64,000 bases of DNA from Terriglobales bacterium (GTDB lineage: Bacteria > Acidobacteriota > Terriglobia > Terriglobales > Acidobacteriaceae). Below, in pieces: positions 38,838-48,414 of this stretch. The notes under the pieces were generated by a model. That model was not told the origin of the DNA. It saw only the letters and a list, made by a program, of their open reading frames with translations, and did no database searches. The stretch covers positions 5,692 to 69,691 of the forward strand of contig DATIWL010000082.1 in the NCBI GenBank assembly GCA_035519435.1, read 5' to 3'. Made by a program: the position numbers and the translations under genes. How positions within the stretch are numbered: position 1 is the first letter of the stretch; each line of letters begins with the position of its first letter.

Positions 38838-40418
38838 TCAGCTATTGACGTCTGCCTGGGAGGGTTCGACCACATCCGGAAGCAGCTTGATCTCCACGGA
38901 TTCGGCTTCTTTTTGGGCCACGAGTTCTCCCGTACTGAGAGCCCTGTTTGCCCGGTACGCCCACAGCAGTCCCGCACCATAGACCGCGCCGCCGATGAGC
39001 AACTGCAATCCGAGTTGACGATAGGTATGCGGCACAAACCATTGTTTGAGGAGCAGGAGCGTGGCCACAAGCGGCATCGTGAGCAGGAATGGCAGCGTGT
39101 AGGCTTCGCGCACGTACGTCGTGAGCCGAATTCCCAGGAGCTTGGAGACGTGCCGCGGCATGAAGTAGGTCGTGCTCAAGGCCAGTGGAATTGCGGTGCC
39201 CAAAGCATCGCCGATAATGCCGAGGTAGCGGATGAGCGCGACGCTCAAGATGAGATTGCCAATACCTTCGATCAGTGTGATTTTGGCCCAGGTGTTATGC
39301 CGGGATAAGCCGAACAGCACGCGCCCGGATGCGCTCTGTGACCACCACAAGGTGCAGGAAAGAATCATGATGACCAGCACCGGGTAGCTGACCTCGACGT
39401 ACTTTCTGCCCATCCACACTTCGATGACCGACTTGCCAAGAATCAGTAACGTGGCGCAGATCGGAAAGATAATGAAGGCGCACACCCGGTTCCCGACCAC
39501 GAAGATCTTGCGCAGCCTTGTCACGTCTCCCTTGGCTCCCGATTGAGCTGACATCGGGACAAAGACTTGCGCCAAGGTCGTCACCACCTGCCCGGCATAG
39601 TCCACGATGCGGTTGCCGATGTTGAAATAGGTAATGGCCGCCGCCGACATCATCGTGCCGATCACGATTTCGTCGGTCTTGAACTTCAGGCGCCCCGCGA
39701 CCATGATCATGAAGCTGGAACTGCTGTAGTTGGCGATACGACGGAACGTTCCCTTTTTCACATAATGCAGGCCGATGGGGACGGGACGCAGGTGCAGGGC
39801 GATAAAGGCGCGCAGTATGGCAGCGATCAATGGAAGAATGATGGTGATGAAGGCCACCATCAAAAGGCCGTATCCACGCTTCAAGACAACGACAATCAGG
39901 GCCGCCCGGAGCAACGTGGAAACGATGTTGGTCCAGTTGAGAATGTAGAAGCGTTGTAAGCCCTCAAGAAAACCGCCAAACACGCCGAGCGGGAAACTGA
40001 CGGCGACCGACGCACCCACCATCAGCAGCAGCCAGCGCGCGGTCGGAATCATGTCCAACGGCACCTTCCGGAAGACATGCTCCACGTTGAAACACAGCAC
40101 CAGGGTGACGATCAGGCTGGCCAGACCAATGCAGCTGTAACTGAAGAGGCTCGTATTGACGATCTTGGCCAATTCCTCGTTTTCTTCCGTGGCGGTGTAT
40201 CGGGAAACGTAGTGCACCACGGAAGAACGGATGCCAAGATCAAACAGACCGTAATATCCCGTAACTGAAAAGATGAGAACCCAGACGCCGAAGGCCGTGT
40301 CGCCCAGACGATGAAGGATGAAAGGCGAGAGGAAAATCCCGGTGACGATGTTGATCCCGAGAGAGAACCAGCTCGAGCTGATGTTCTTGATGATCTGACC
40401 TTTTTCGAATTTGCGCAT
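38838..40418 (-). CDS. Wzx-like oligosaccharide/polysaccharide flippase (MOP superfamily)
   Basis: 526 aa with about 12-14 TM helices. N-terminal pattern IKNISSSWFSLGINIVTGIFLSPFILHRLG typical of polysaccharide biosynthesis protein families. Confidence 0.85.
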   Translation of the reverse strand: MRKFEKGQIIKNISSSWFSLGINIVTGIFLSPFILHRLGDTAFGVWVLIFSVTGYYGLFDLGIRSSVVHYVSRYTATEENEELAKIVNTSLFSYSCIGLASLIVTLVLCFNVEHVFRKVPLDMIPTARWLLLMVGASVAVSFPLGVFGGFLEGLQRFYILNWTNIVSTLLRAALIVVVLKRGYGLLMVAFITIILPLIAAILRAFIALHLRPVPIGLHYVKKGTFRRIANYSSSSFMIMVAGRLKFKTDEIVIGTMMSAAAITYFNIGNRIVDYAGQVVTTLAQVFVPMSAQSGAKGDVTRLRKIFVVGNRVCAFIIFPICATLLILGKSVIEVWMGRKYVEVSYPVLVIMILSCTLWWSQSASGRVLFGLSRHNTWAKITLIEGIGNLILSVALIRYLGIIGDALGTAIPLALSTTYFMPRHVSKLLGIRLTTYVREAYTLPFLLTMPLVATLLLLKQWFVPHTYRQLGLQLLIGGAVYGAGLLWAYRANRALSTGELVAQKEAESVEIKLLPDVVEPSQADVNS

Positions 40419-40452
40419 ACTGACCCGAACGACGGGCCGCTCCAGTGGGTTC

Positions 40453-41322
40453 CTAGCGATGTTCCTTCACGAGTTCCGGCGATTCGACTGCCGTGCCGTA
40501 TTCACCTCGGTTGGTTGTCAGCGAATATCCGAGTTCGCGCATCAGCGGGCCCCACGCCGACTCGATTTCAAGCGCCGAACTTGCCGGAAGTTTTTCCTTC
40601 CACAATCCCGAGGACGCGGTTCGGACGAAGGGGATGTCGCTACGCTTGTTTTTCGTCGAGACCCACTGATCGCCCTGATCCGCTTCCAGGCGGCGCATGC
40701 GCTCCGCAGAGCTTCGCTCAATTGCGGTGCGCAAGCGTTCTGGCGTTGCTTCCATGCCGAGGAGACGCGAGATTTTCCCGAGTTCCGCCTCCGTATCCCG
40801 AAGCATGTCTTCATAGCGGAGGAGCAGGAACTGCGGTTGGCTCCCGCGCGTGTACAGCCAACTGGCGACGTTTTCTCCCCATGTCCCCCAGTCTGAAGAG
40901 GACAACCTGCCGGCGACAAAATCGCTCGCAAATGAGGTCAGGGGATAGTCATTTTCGATCTGCCGATATTTGCGCGCGAAATCGTAATACGAGAGGGCTA
41001 CATCACGCGGATCGCGAACGATGTAAATGATCTTGCCATAGCGCGGATCGAAATACTGGTGGCTCTTGATGATGCGCGGCCTCGGAATCCGCTTCACGTA
41101 CCGGCTCGACATCGCCTCGGAGTCAGGGATGAGTTGCTCGATGTTGGCGAAGGTCACCGCTTGGTTAGGATAGACCAGGTTCGCGACCAGGAATCGAGTC
41201 CAAGTGTTCCCCGAACGGGGATAGGAAACGATAAACGTGTCATCGGGAAACACCGCCAGATTTCTGCCGGCGATGTCGGTACCCAGCACGTACTTGATGA
41301 CCCGTTTGAGCCCGTAGATCAT
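40453..41322 (-). CDS. PAPS-dependent sulfotransferase (Sulfotransfer_1-like), paralogue 3
   Basis: SYPRSGNTWTRF (5'-PSB loop), RPRIIKSH, YIVRDPRDV, FVRTASSGLWKEKL (3'-PB-like). The preferred ATG at 41322 overlaps the upstream stop as TGATG. Confidence 0.85.
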   Translation of the reverse strand: MIYGLKRVIKYVLGTDIAGRNLAVFPDDTFIVSYPRSGNTWTRFLVANLVYPNQAVTFANIEQLIPDSEAMSSRYVKRIPRPRIIKSHQYFDPRYGKIIYIVRDPRDVALSYYDFARKYRQIENDYPLTSFASDFVAGRLSSSDWGTWGENVASWLYTRGSQPQFLLLRYEDMLRDTEAELGKISRLLGMEATPERLRTAIERSSAERMRRLEADQGDQWVSTKNKRSDIPFVRTASSGLWKEKLPASSALEIESAWGPLMRELGYSLTTNRGEYGTAVESPELVKEHR

Positions 41323-42182
41323 CAGACCCCGCTCGACACCAGGCTTGAGAACTCCGCCGGCTGTCCGGCAGTCCCCCGGGTCACCAGCTTGTAGCCCAGG
41401 AAGACCATGAGCTGAGGCCAAGCGTCTTCGATTTTTGCCACCAGTGGTTCAGACAAATCCTTTTGCCAGCTGCCGGACTTCGCAGCGCGAACAAAGGATA
41501 AGTCTTTGCGGGAATCCTTGGTCAACCCGCACTCATCGGCCTGCGCTCTTTCCAGTTTCCTCATCCGGTCTGCGGAGCTTCGCTCGACGGCCTTTGCGAT
41601 ACGCTCCGAGTCTGCCTTGATTCCCACAAAGGCGGCGACGCGGCCGAGTTCGCGTTGCGTATCCGCCACCATGTCTTCGTATTTCAGCAACAGGAAGCGC
41701 GGATCGTTATGCCGGGCGGTGAGCCACGTTCCGACGTTTTCTCCCCATGATCCGTGCGGACAGGTGTCGCCGGCCACGAAACGGTCCACGAACTTTTCCA
41801 TCGGATAGCCGTCCTCGATCTTCTTGCATTTCCGATGGTAGTGATATTGGGAAATGACAACGTCACGCGGATCGCGAACGATATACATCACTCGCGGATA
41901 CCGCGGCTCGAAGCACTCGTGGCTCTTGATGATGCGGGGCCTTGCCATCCGCTCCATGTCTCTTTTCGAGGTCCCATAGGGATCCGGTACCAGCTTATGA
42001 ATGTTCTTGAAGCCAACGGGCGCATCGGGGAAAACGAGGTTCGCAATCAGGAAGCGCGTCCATGTGTTGCCCGATTTTGGAAATGAAACCAGAAAGATGT
42101 CGTCAGGCCAAATCTTCAGAGAGCGGCGAGGCTTGTGCAGGCCAAGCAGCATCTTTGAACCACCGATCAGTCGCGAAAACAT
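41322..42182 (-). CDS. PAPS-dependent sulfotransferase (Sulfotransfer_1-like), paralogue 2
   Basis: SFPKSGNTWTRF, RPRIIKSH, YIVRDPRDV, FVRAAKSGSWQKDL. Confidence 0.85.
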   Translation of the reverse strand: MFSRLIGGSKMLLGLHKPRRSLKIWPDDIFLVSFPKSGNTWTRFLIANLVFPDAPVGFKNIHKLVPDPYGTSKRDMERMARPRIIKSHECFEPRYPRVMYIVRDPRDVVISQYHYHRKCKKIEDGYPMEKFVDRFVAGDTCPHGSWGENVGTWLTARHNDPRFLLLKYEDMVADTQRELGRVAAFVGIKADSERIAKAVERSSADRMRKLERAQADECGLTKDSRKDLSFVRAAKSGSWQKDLSEPLVAKIEDAWPQLMVFLGYKLVTRGTAGQPAEFSSLVSSGV

Positions 42183-42241
42183 GTCCCCCCCTCAGTCTAC
42201 GAACTTGCCCAACTATGCGATTACTTCTGCACGCCTCTTTG

Positions 42242-43129
42242 TTATGGGCGTTCTCCAACAAACAATCCCGCATGCTGATCTTCCGGCACGGGCTCCTTAT
42301 CAGCGAGGACGGTCTCGTATCCCAGCCACCGGATCAAGGGCGCCCAGGCTTCGTCAAGCTGGAGGGCATGTTCCTCGGGTAGAGAGGACCGCCATCCGCC
42401 CGCTTTCGCCGCTCTCACGAAGGCAATGTCCTGGCGCGTGTTCTTCGTGGACGAGAATAATTGCGCCTGCGATTTTTCGAGCGTACGCATCCGGTCGGCA
42501 GAACTGCGCTCTACGGCTTGCAGGATTGTCTCCGGTGTGGAGGCGACACCCAGGAAGGCCGCGATCTTTGACAGCTCGCGGGGAGTGTCTTCCACCATAT
42601 CCTCGTACCGCAGCAGCAAAAATCCGGGCCGCCCGTGGCGGGTCGCCAGCCAGCTGGCCACGTGCTCTCCCCAGGACCCGTAGAACGAGGTCTGGCCGGA
42701 GACGAAGCGCCCAACGTATTCCGAGAGCGGGAATTGATCGTCGACCACTTTGCGCTTGCGCTGGAAATGGTATTGCGAAATCACCACATCGCGAGGGTCG
42801 CGGACAATGTAGATCACGCGCGGATAGCGAGGATCGAAATATTGATGGCTTTTCACCACGCGCGGCCGAGGTGTGCGTATCAGATCACGATTGCGCGTCA
42901 CTTCGATGCCGGGGATCATGCGATTGACATTCGAGAAATCAATGTCGGCTTGCGGATGCAACAGGTTGGCAATCAGGAATCGTGCCCAGGTATTCCCTGA
43001 TTTGGGGTAAGAAACGAGAAATGTGTCATCGGGAAAGACGGCGACATTCCGCCCGGGAGCGTGGAACCCCAGGACGCGCTCTGCGCCAACGATGAAACGC
43101 TTCAGCATCGAAGTCTTCTCTGCCCTCAC
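42242..43129 (-). CDS. PAPS-dependent sulfotransferase (Sulfotransfer_1-like), paralogue 1
   Basis: SYPKSGNTWARF, RPRVVKSH, YIVRDPRDV, FVRAAKAGGWRSSL. An alternative start lies at 43108. Confidence 0.85.
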   Translation of the reverse strand: MRAEKTSMLKRFIVGAERVLGFHAPGRNVAVFPDDTFLVSYPKSGNTWARFLIANLLHPQADIDFSNVNRMIPGIEVTRNRDLIRTPRPRVVKSHQYFDPRYPRVIYIVRDPRDVVISQYHFQRKRKVVDDQFPLSEYVGRFVSGQTSFYGSWGEHVASWLATRHGRPGFLLLRYEDMVEDTPRELSKIAAFLGVASTPETILQAVERSSADRMRTLEKSQAQLFSSTKNTRQDIAFVRAAKAGGWRSSLPEEHALQLDEAWAPLIRWLGYETVLADKEPVPEDQHAGLFVGERP

Positions 43130-43139
43130 ATTCTGAAAT

Positions 43140-44132
43140 TCAAGTACGCGCCCACTTCGGTCGCGCGGTTCCGCTGATGAGCCGATTCCAGAACGAAGCC
43201 ATAGTCCGTGTCAGGTTCGGAACGACGCGCAGTCCGAACAGCACCAGGCTGAGTCGCCGCGTCTTCTGGTTGCCGTTGGCTTCCGCAAAGAGTTGGCGCG
43301 CTTTGTCGAATTGTCCTTCACCGAGCCAGCGTTTGCCCTCTTCAATCAAATATCGAGTCCTGATTTCTGCCGCGCGCTTTTCGACCACCTGTCGGTCGGC
43401 ATCGCTCAGCGGCAGCGTACGCTTGAGCTTTTCCAGGATTTCCCAGTAGGCCAGCACCATCTTGGATTTTTCCTGAGACATGGAACCCGGCCGCCCGATG
43501 TAGCAGCAGGCCGAAAGCTTGCGGTTGTACCCGATCTTGGCTCCGTGAAAAGCGGTCCGCACCCACATGTCATAGTCGTCGCAGCGGGGCAGCGTTTCAT
43601 CGAATCCGCCGGCCCGCACAATTGCCTCTTTGCGTGCGACAACCGTTGAAATCGGGATGTGGCACCGCTCTACGACCAAGGTGGCGAACGTCGCCGGCCC
43701 GTTTGACGGGCATTTCTCCATGAAGCGGCCTTCTCGCGCCGGGTCACCGGCAATCAGGCAGTCGCAATAGACGAGTTCGAGAGAAGGATCGTCGGCGAAT
43801 TGCTGCATCTGGGCAGCCAGGTGCTCGGAATACCAGACGTCGTCACTATCCAGAAAAGCGAGGAATTCGCCGCGCGCATGCCGGATCGCCGTGTTCCGTG
43901 CGCCTGCACAGCGCTTGTTCTCCTGCTTGATGTACACGATCCGGTCCAGGTACGGCTGCAGGACTTTTTCCAGTTCCGGCGTGTCGGGTGATCCGTCGTT
44001 GACCACGACGGCCTCGAAGTCCTGGTTGGTCTGCGCCATGAGGGAGTCCAGGCACCGCGCAATGAAATGCGCGGTCTTGTAGCTGGGAATGATCACGCTG
44101 ACTTTCGGCGTTGCATTAGCGGCTACTGGCAT
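43140..44132 (-). CDS. Family 2 glycosyltransferase
   Basis: VSVIIPSYKTAHFIARCLDSL..VVNDGSPD..FLDSDD (DxD) is the typical GT2 N-terminal fold. Confidence 0.9.
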   Translation of the reverse strand: MPVAANATPKVSVIIPSYKTAHFIARCLDSLMAQTNQDFEAVVVNDGSPDTPELEKVLQPYLDRIVYIKQENKRCAGARNTAIRHARGEFLAFLDSDDVWYSEHLAAQMQQFADDPSLELVYCDCLIAGDPAREGRFMEKCPSNGPATFATLVVERCHIPISTVVARKEAIVRAGGFDETLPRCDDYDMWVRTAFHGAKIGYNRKLSACCYIGRPGSMSQEKSKMVLAYWEILEKLKRTLPLSDADRQVVEKRAAEIRTRYLIEEGKRWLGEGQFDKARQLFAEANGNQKTRRLSLVLFGLRVVPNLTRTMASFWNRLISGTARPKWART

Positions 44133-44156
44133 GGTGTTGTTATAGACTCCCTCCGT

Positions 44157-45521
44157 TTACGCACTGTGAAAAACCTGCTCTTGCTCTCCGGCCAGAATGT
44201 TGTTGACGCCTTCCACACCCATCATGACCGAGTGATCCATGTTGCCAATCTCATAGCGCCAGGCGCCGAAACGGCCTCGGGAATAGATGCCTTTCGCGAG
44301 CAAGGCGGGTTGCAGAATATTCAGCGCCTGATCCCGGCCGAGCGTGGGAATCGGATAGGAGTAACCGACAACCCGGTGGTAGCGGGATACGATGCGCTGC
44401 CGATCGCCTTCCTCGATCATGCCGGCGCGGATCAGCCCAGCAGTCATTTTCTCAAACATCTGTTCCGGATCGGGCGTGTCTCCCTCTTTGAACGACATTT
44501 CACACATCAGCGAACTATAGCGATCGGTATTGCCGCCGGGCACGTTGTTCGGAGAATAGTGTGAGAAATACGTCGCGCGGTAACAAGGCATCTCGGCGTC
44601 CGTGAAGTAAATCCAGCAGCGACCAGTTTCGATTTTCTTTTCCAGCCCGATGCCCATCACCATCAGGTTGTTGTGCTCGAGCCCGGCGGACGCGTCTGTC
44701 AGGCGGTTGTCGCCCGGACGGATCATCTTTTGAACCAGCAGGTCGACGGGAGCCGTGGAGATGAGAACGTCGTACGTGTCTCCTGATCCGTCTGCAAAGG
44801 AGATTCGACGGCGTTCAGGATCTACCTCTACGAGTTGCCTCCCCGTCTTCACCTTCCCCGGAAACTGTGCCGCCATGCGGCGATAGATTTCGCCGGTTCC
44901 ACCGTAGAGGGGGAAGCGAAATTTGCTGTTTGGCCCCCAGCCGACGTCGTCGCGCTCGTAGAGGACGTTCTCGAGCAGCCTTTTGAAGTCGACCACTGCC
45001 ACGCGGTCCGCGATCCACGCCTTGGACATTCGCTCCAGCGGCGTCGTCCATACCTTGGAGTTGTACGGGAACATGAAGTGCTCGGCGATGCCTTCGCCGA
45101 AGGTGCCGAGGATCCAGTCGCGAAAGTTAGCCGCTTGCTTGCCGGCTCCGTTGGAAGCTGCCTTGGCCGCGCCGACCAGACACTGGACCTGCACTTCCTT
45201 GGGCAGATAGCGCAAGTTGCTCTGAAAGGGATAGGGAACCCAGTTCCCTTCCTTGACGATCCAGCTTTCGCGGATGCGCTCGTGTACCTCTTTGCCGAGC
45301 ATCTTGTCGATCAGATCATCGAAGTACTTGTAGTGCGAGAAGATTACGTGGCCGCCCTCATCCCAGACGAAACCCTGCTTATCGACGTGCGAACAGGAAT
45401 GTCCGCCAACACCATCGGACTTTTCGTACAACACCCAGTTCTGGTAGCCCAGTTCGTTGAGGCGGTGAGCGGCACCCAGTCCGGTGGGTCCTGCTCCGAT
45501 GATGACGATCTTTTTGTCCAT
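44157..45521 (-). CDS. glf: UDP-galactopyranose mutase, long eukaryote-type form
   Basis: IVIIGAGPTGLGAAHRL, GGHVIFSHYKYFDD, WVPYPFQ, GWGPNSKFRFPLYGGTG, YRATYFSHYSP, SRGRFGAWRYEIGNMDHSVMMGVEGVNNI. These blocks match my recollection of the fungal/trypanosomatid UGM sequence. Confidence 0.75.
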   Translation of the reverse strand: MDKKIVIIGAGPTGLGAAHRLNELGYQNWVLYEKSDGVGGHSCSHVDKQGFVWDEGGHVIFSHYKYFDDLIDKMLGKEVHERIRESWIVKEGNWVPYPFQSNLRYLPKEVQVQCLVGAAKAASNGAGKQAANFRDWILGTFGEGIAEHFMFPYNSKVWTTPLERMSKAWIADRVAVVDFKRLLENVLYERDDVGWGPNSKFRFPLYGGTGEIYRRMAAQFPGKVKTGRQLVEVDPERRRISFADGSGDTYDVLISTAPVDLLVQKMIRPGDNRLTDASAGLEHNNLMVMGIGLEKKIETGRCWIYFTDAEMPCYRATYFSHYSPNNVPGGNTDRYSSLMCEMSFKEGDTPDPEQMFEKMTAGLIRAGMIEEGDRQRIVSRYHRVVGYSYPIPTLGRDQALNILQPALLAKGIYSRGRFGAWRYEIGNMDHSVMMGVEGVNNILAGEQEQVFHSA

Positions 45522-45853
45522 GGCCTTGAAGGAGAACTATGAACCGAAAGGACTTACCCTATCGCAAGCAATCCCACGTCCTTGTGTCAGATCTTAGCAT
45601 CTGCGCCCCCAACAACCTCGTGCCCCAGGTAACTCGGCTGCTCCCCCGAAAGCCTTTGCTGACGCGGATGTTCGGCCTCAACTGGCTTGAAATCCAGCCA
45701 AAAGCCTGCAATCGTCCTACCTTAGGCTGCGGTGGTTCGCCTGTAGTTGACTGGAAAACAAGCATCTTTCGACGCTTGAATGACATGGAGGGATACGGAT
45801 GTGCAAATCCCTTCACCTTTCTGGAACCGTCGTGGATAGATGGGGTTAAGGGT

Positions 45854-46879
45854 TCAGCCTGGCAGGCGCGAACTGGCACCAGTTTGCAGGAACCAGCGTT
45901 CCATCCGCCAGATCCACCCGTCGAAGTCCTTGCCAGCAGGGATACGCTTGAGGCTCAGCGGCTCTTCTCCCGAAAAAACCGGTCCGGTGGTGGTCAGGAC
46001 CGCGGACTTGAATCCTGCTTCGCGAGTGATCTGAAGTGTCCGTTGATTCCAGTGAGGCTCCAGTGCTGGATGGGGATAGGAAAAATGCTGGATGGGCTGA
46101 CCGAGTTTCTCATCGAGACGCTGCTTGCACCCCTGGATTTCGGCCCGCGCATCTACTTCGGTGACGTGAGCAAGATTGGGGTGAGACAACGTGTGCCCTC
46201 CGATCGTGTGACCTGCGTTCTTCAGGGCGCGAACCTGATCCCAATTCATCATCAAACCGCTTTTGCGATCCAGAGGCTCAACCTGGAGAGACTCTTCGAT
46301 CTGGCGAATGAACTGTTCCTGAGCGGCGCCAGCCAGTGCCGCACCCAGGTCCCAGACCACGTTCAGCGCTGCTTTCTTGCCGTCATCGCTGGCGATAGCA
46401 AAGGTCCGGTTGTTCTCGGGATGCTTCCATTCGCGTACCGCCGTCGTATTGAAGGCAAAATTAAGCCGGGCATACCAGGGAGGTGTGCCCGTGTCTACCG
46501 CATTCACCATGATGTAGAACGTTGCCGGAACGCCGTACCGATTCAGGATTGGCGTGGCCACATCATGGTTGTCGGCGAAGCCGTCGTCGAAAGTCACGGC
46601 TGCCGACCGCGGAGGCAAAGGCTTCCCCTCGGCGGCGAACTCTCTGACTTGCTCGATGGTGACGGGATTAAAATGCCGGGCTAACGCGCCGATTTGAGCT
46701 TCAAAACTGGCTCTCGCATGGGAGATGCGAATGGTATTGGCGGTGTCCTGTGGGTTTTCGACTACCGAATGGTAACCAAGGACCAGGACGCGAGGTCTGG
46801 CAAGGCGGGTCGCAGCCCTGAGAATCCCGCTGTTTACGGCCATGCTTTTCAGCCATTGCTTGGGTCTGAATCGAGGCAA
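45854..46879 (-). CDS. Polysaccharide deacetylase (NodB homology) family protein
   Basis: VTFDDGFADN.., GHTIGGHTLSHPNL.. and ..FSYPHP are NodB-domain motifs. Confidence 0.85.
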   Translation of the reverse strand: MPRFRPKQWLKSMAVNSGILRAATRLARPRVLVLGYHSVVENPQDTANTIRISHARASFEAQIGALARHFNPVTIEQVREFAAEGKPLPPRSAAVTFDDGFADNHDVATPILNRYGVPATFYIMVNAVDTGTPPWYARLNFAFNTTAVREWKHPENNRTFAIASDDGKKAALNVVWDLGAALAGAAQEQFIRQIEESLQVEPLDRKSGLMMNWDQVRALKNAGHTIGGHTLSHPNLAHVTEVDARAEIQGCKQRLDEKLGQPIQHFSYPHPALEPHWNQRTLQITREAGFKSAVLTTTGPVFSGEEPLSLKRIPAGKDFDGWIWRMERWFLQTGASSRLPG

Positions 46880-47024
46880 AGATCGCTCCTGCGCGAGGCC
46901 ATCGGGTGACTAGTGTGCCATTGCGGTCGATGAATGATAGCGTATTATGACAGCCACCGACCATGCGCGTAGAAGGCGCGGGTCACCCACCTTGGGGACA
47001 TCAGCTACCAACTGGAGAGATTGA

Positions 47025-47834
47025 ATGAGTTCGGAACAACACGTCCAGGAAGTCAAAGAACAGGTTAACGAGCTGTTCACGAAAACGGTGGACGACTGGG
47101 CGCGCTTTTACGAGGATCCAAAGCCGGCAACCTTGACCGCCCAGAACCTTGTTTCCCGGCGCCGGTTCACGCTGGAGATGGTCGAATCGCGGCTTGCCCC
47201 GGGGTCGAAGATCCTGGATGTCGGATGCGGGACGGGCCACCTGGCCGGAGCCTTAATGCAGCGCGGCTATGACGCCTGGGGTGTGGACTTCTCCGAGGGC
47301 ATGGTGCAGTACGCCGCCGTACACTACCGCGCGGATCGCTTTCAGGTGGGTGATATTGAGCGGATTCCATTCCCGGACAACACGTTTGATGGAATCGTCT
47401 GCCTTGGGGTGATGGAGTACCTGAGCAGCGATGAAAAGGCTCTTCGTGAGATGTGGCGGGTGCTGAAACCGGGTGGCGTAGCCATCATCACGACGCCGAA
47501 CGCCCTCTGCCCCTTCTGGTACTGCGACCGTGGATTGCTGAAAGCGAGAATTCTCGCCCGGCCATTGGTGCGCCTCGTGCGGAGGTCGTTGACCGCGGCA
47601 AAGGATTTGCCGACTGTCACGCACCGCCGATTCTTCCCCGGCCACTGGGCCAAGTTGATGCGCTCCGTAGGACTGAAGACAGAAGAAGTGGTCTGCCACG
47701 CCTGGGGATGGTACAGCCTGGAACGATTCTTTCCCCAGGGAGGTTTCTGCCGCGCAAGTGACCGCTTCGCCCGCAACCGCGCGATCAACTGGTTCGCTTC
47801 GGATCAGCTCTCCTGCGTTCGCGCAATCAAATAG
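47025..47834 (+). CDS. Class I SAM-dependent methyltransferase
   Basis: ILDVGCGTGHLAG (motif I), FDGIVCLGVMEYL, LKPGGVAII. Confidence 0.85.
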   Translation: MSSEQHVQEVKEQVNELFTKTVDDWARFYEDPKPATLTAQNLVSRRRFTLEMVESRLAPGSKILDVGCGTGHLAGALMQRGYDAWGVDFSEGMVQYAAVHYRADRFQVGDIERIPFPDNTFDGIVCLGVMEYLSSDEKALREMWRVLKPGGVAIITTPNALCPFWYCDRGLLKARILARPLVRLVRRSLTAAKDLPTVTHRRFFPGHWAKLMRSVGLKTEEVVCHAWGWYSLERFFPQGGFCRASDRFARNRAINWFASDQLSCVRAIK

Positions 47835-47923
47835 GCGCGGCCTCTGCGGCGTACGCGACAAAGGCCCGGATGTTGTGATCCACGTCACTCTGTGATGTTC
47901 GGCGCGCGTGTAAAGTAAGGGGC

Positions 47924-48328
47924 ATGGGTGGATTCGCAATCCTCACCAACCGCAAACGGGCGATCATCGCGCTCGCGCATGCGGTTGTCTTTTGCGTGAT
48001 TGCCACCTGGCAACTGGTTGCCGGGCCAATCGCAAGGGGCATGGGCACGCCAGCCTCGGCGTCCACCGGAACCTGGGTTCTCTGCGGGATCTACTTCCTC
48101 GTGTCTTCTGTCCTGCTCTGGCTGCTCGTGATTTCGCGCGGCTGGATGGAGAAGACCTACTTCGCCTTCTGCACCATCAGCGCCGCCTCGGGCCTGCTTC
48201 GAACCCTGGCGGGAGACTCCGCCTTCCCGGTGGGACGCCATCTGCGGGTGGTCATGCTGATGAGCGCAATCCTGGTGGGGCTGTTGATCACACGCGCGCA
48301 CTCCGCGATGGCAGAGAGCGGCTCGTAG
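47924..48328 (+). CDS. Hypothetical four-TM membrane protein
   Basis: 134-aa ORF with four hydrophobic segments. No domain recognised. Confidence 0.45.
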   Translation: MGGFAILTNRKRAIIALAHAVVFCVIATWQLVAGPIARGMGTPASASTGTWVLCGIYFLVSSVLLWLLVISRGWMEKTYFAFCTISAASGLLRTLAGDSAFPVGRHLRVVMLMSAILVGLLITRAHSAMAESGS

Positions 48329-48414
48329 TCCCCGTCACGTTCGAGATTGTGCCGCGAACCAATGTACTGGGCAGAAGCCGAAACGTGGCCGCTTCCATCT
48401 TCTATAATCTTAGG

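Noticed and set aside
45522-45853. Possible small gene in the 330-nt gap between the deacetylase and UGM genes (ORF 45559-45879 minus)
   Set aside because: The 106-aa product has no motifs and overlaps the deacetylase stop. It is more plausibly an internal promoter or untranslated spacer. No support beyond being open.
45539-46684. 381-aa plus-strand ORF, and similar long shadow ORFs (12031-12987, 22509-23261, 23271-24077, 51373-52446, 54188-55096, 62551-63411)
   Set aside because: Each is antisense to a gene with strong family motifs (deacetylase, pheA, S41 protease, polX, CapK-like, beta-helix protein). Each has an Arg/Pro/His-rich composition typical of non-coding frames in GC-rich DNA.
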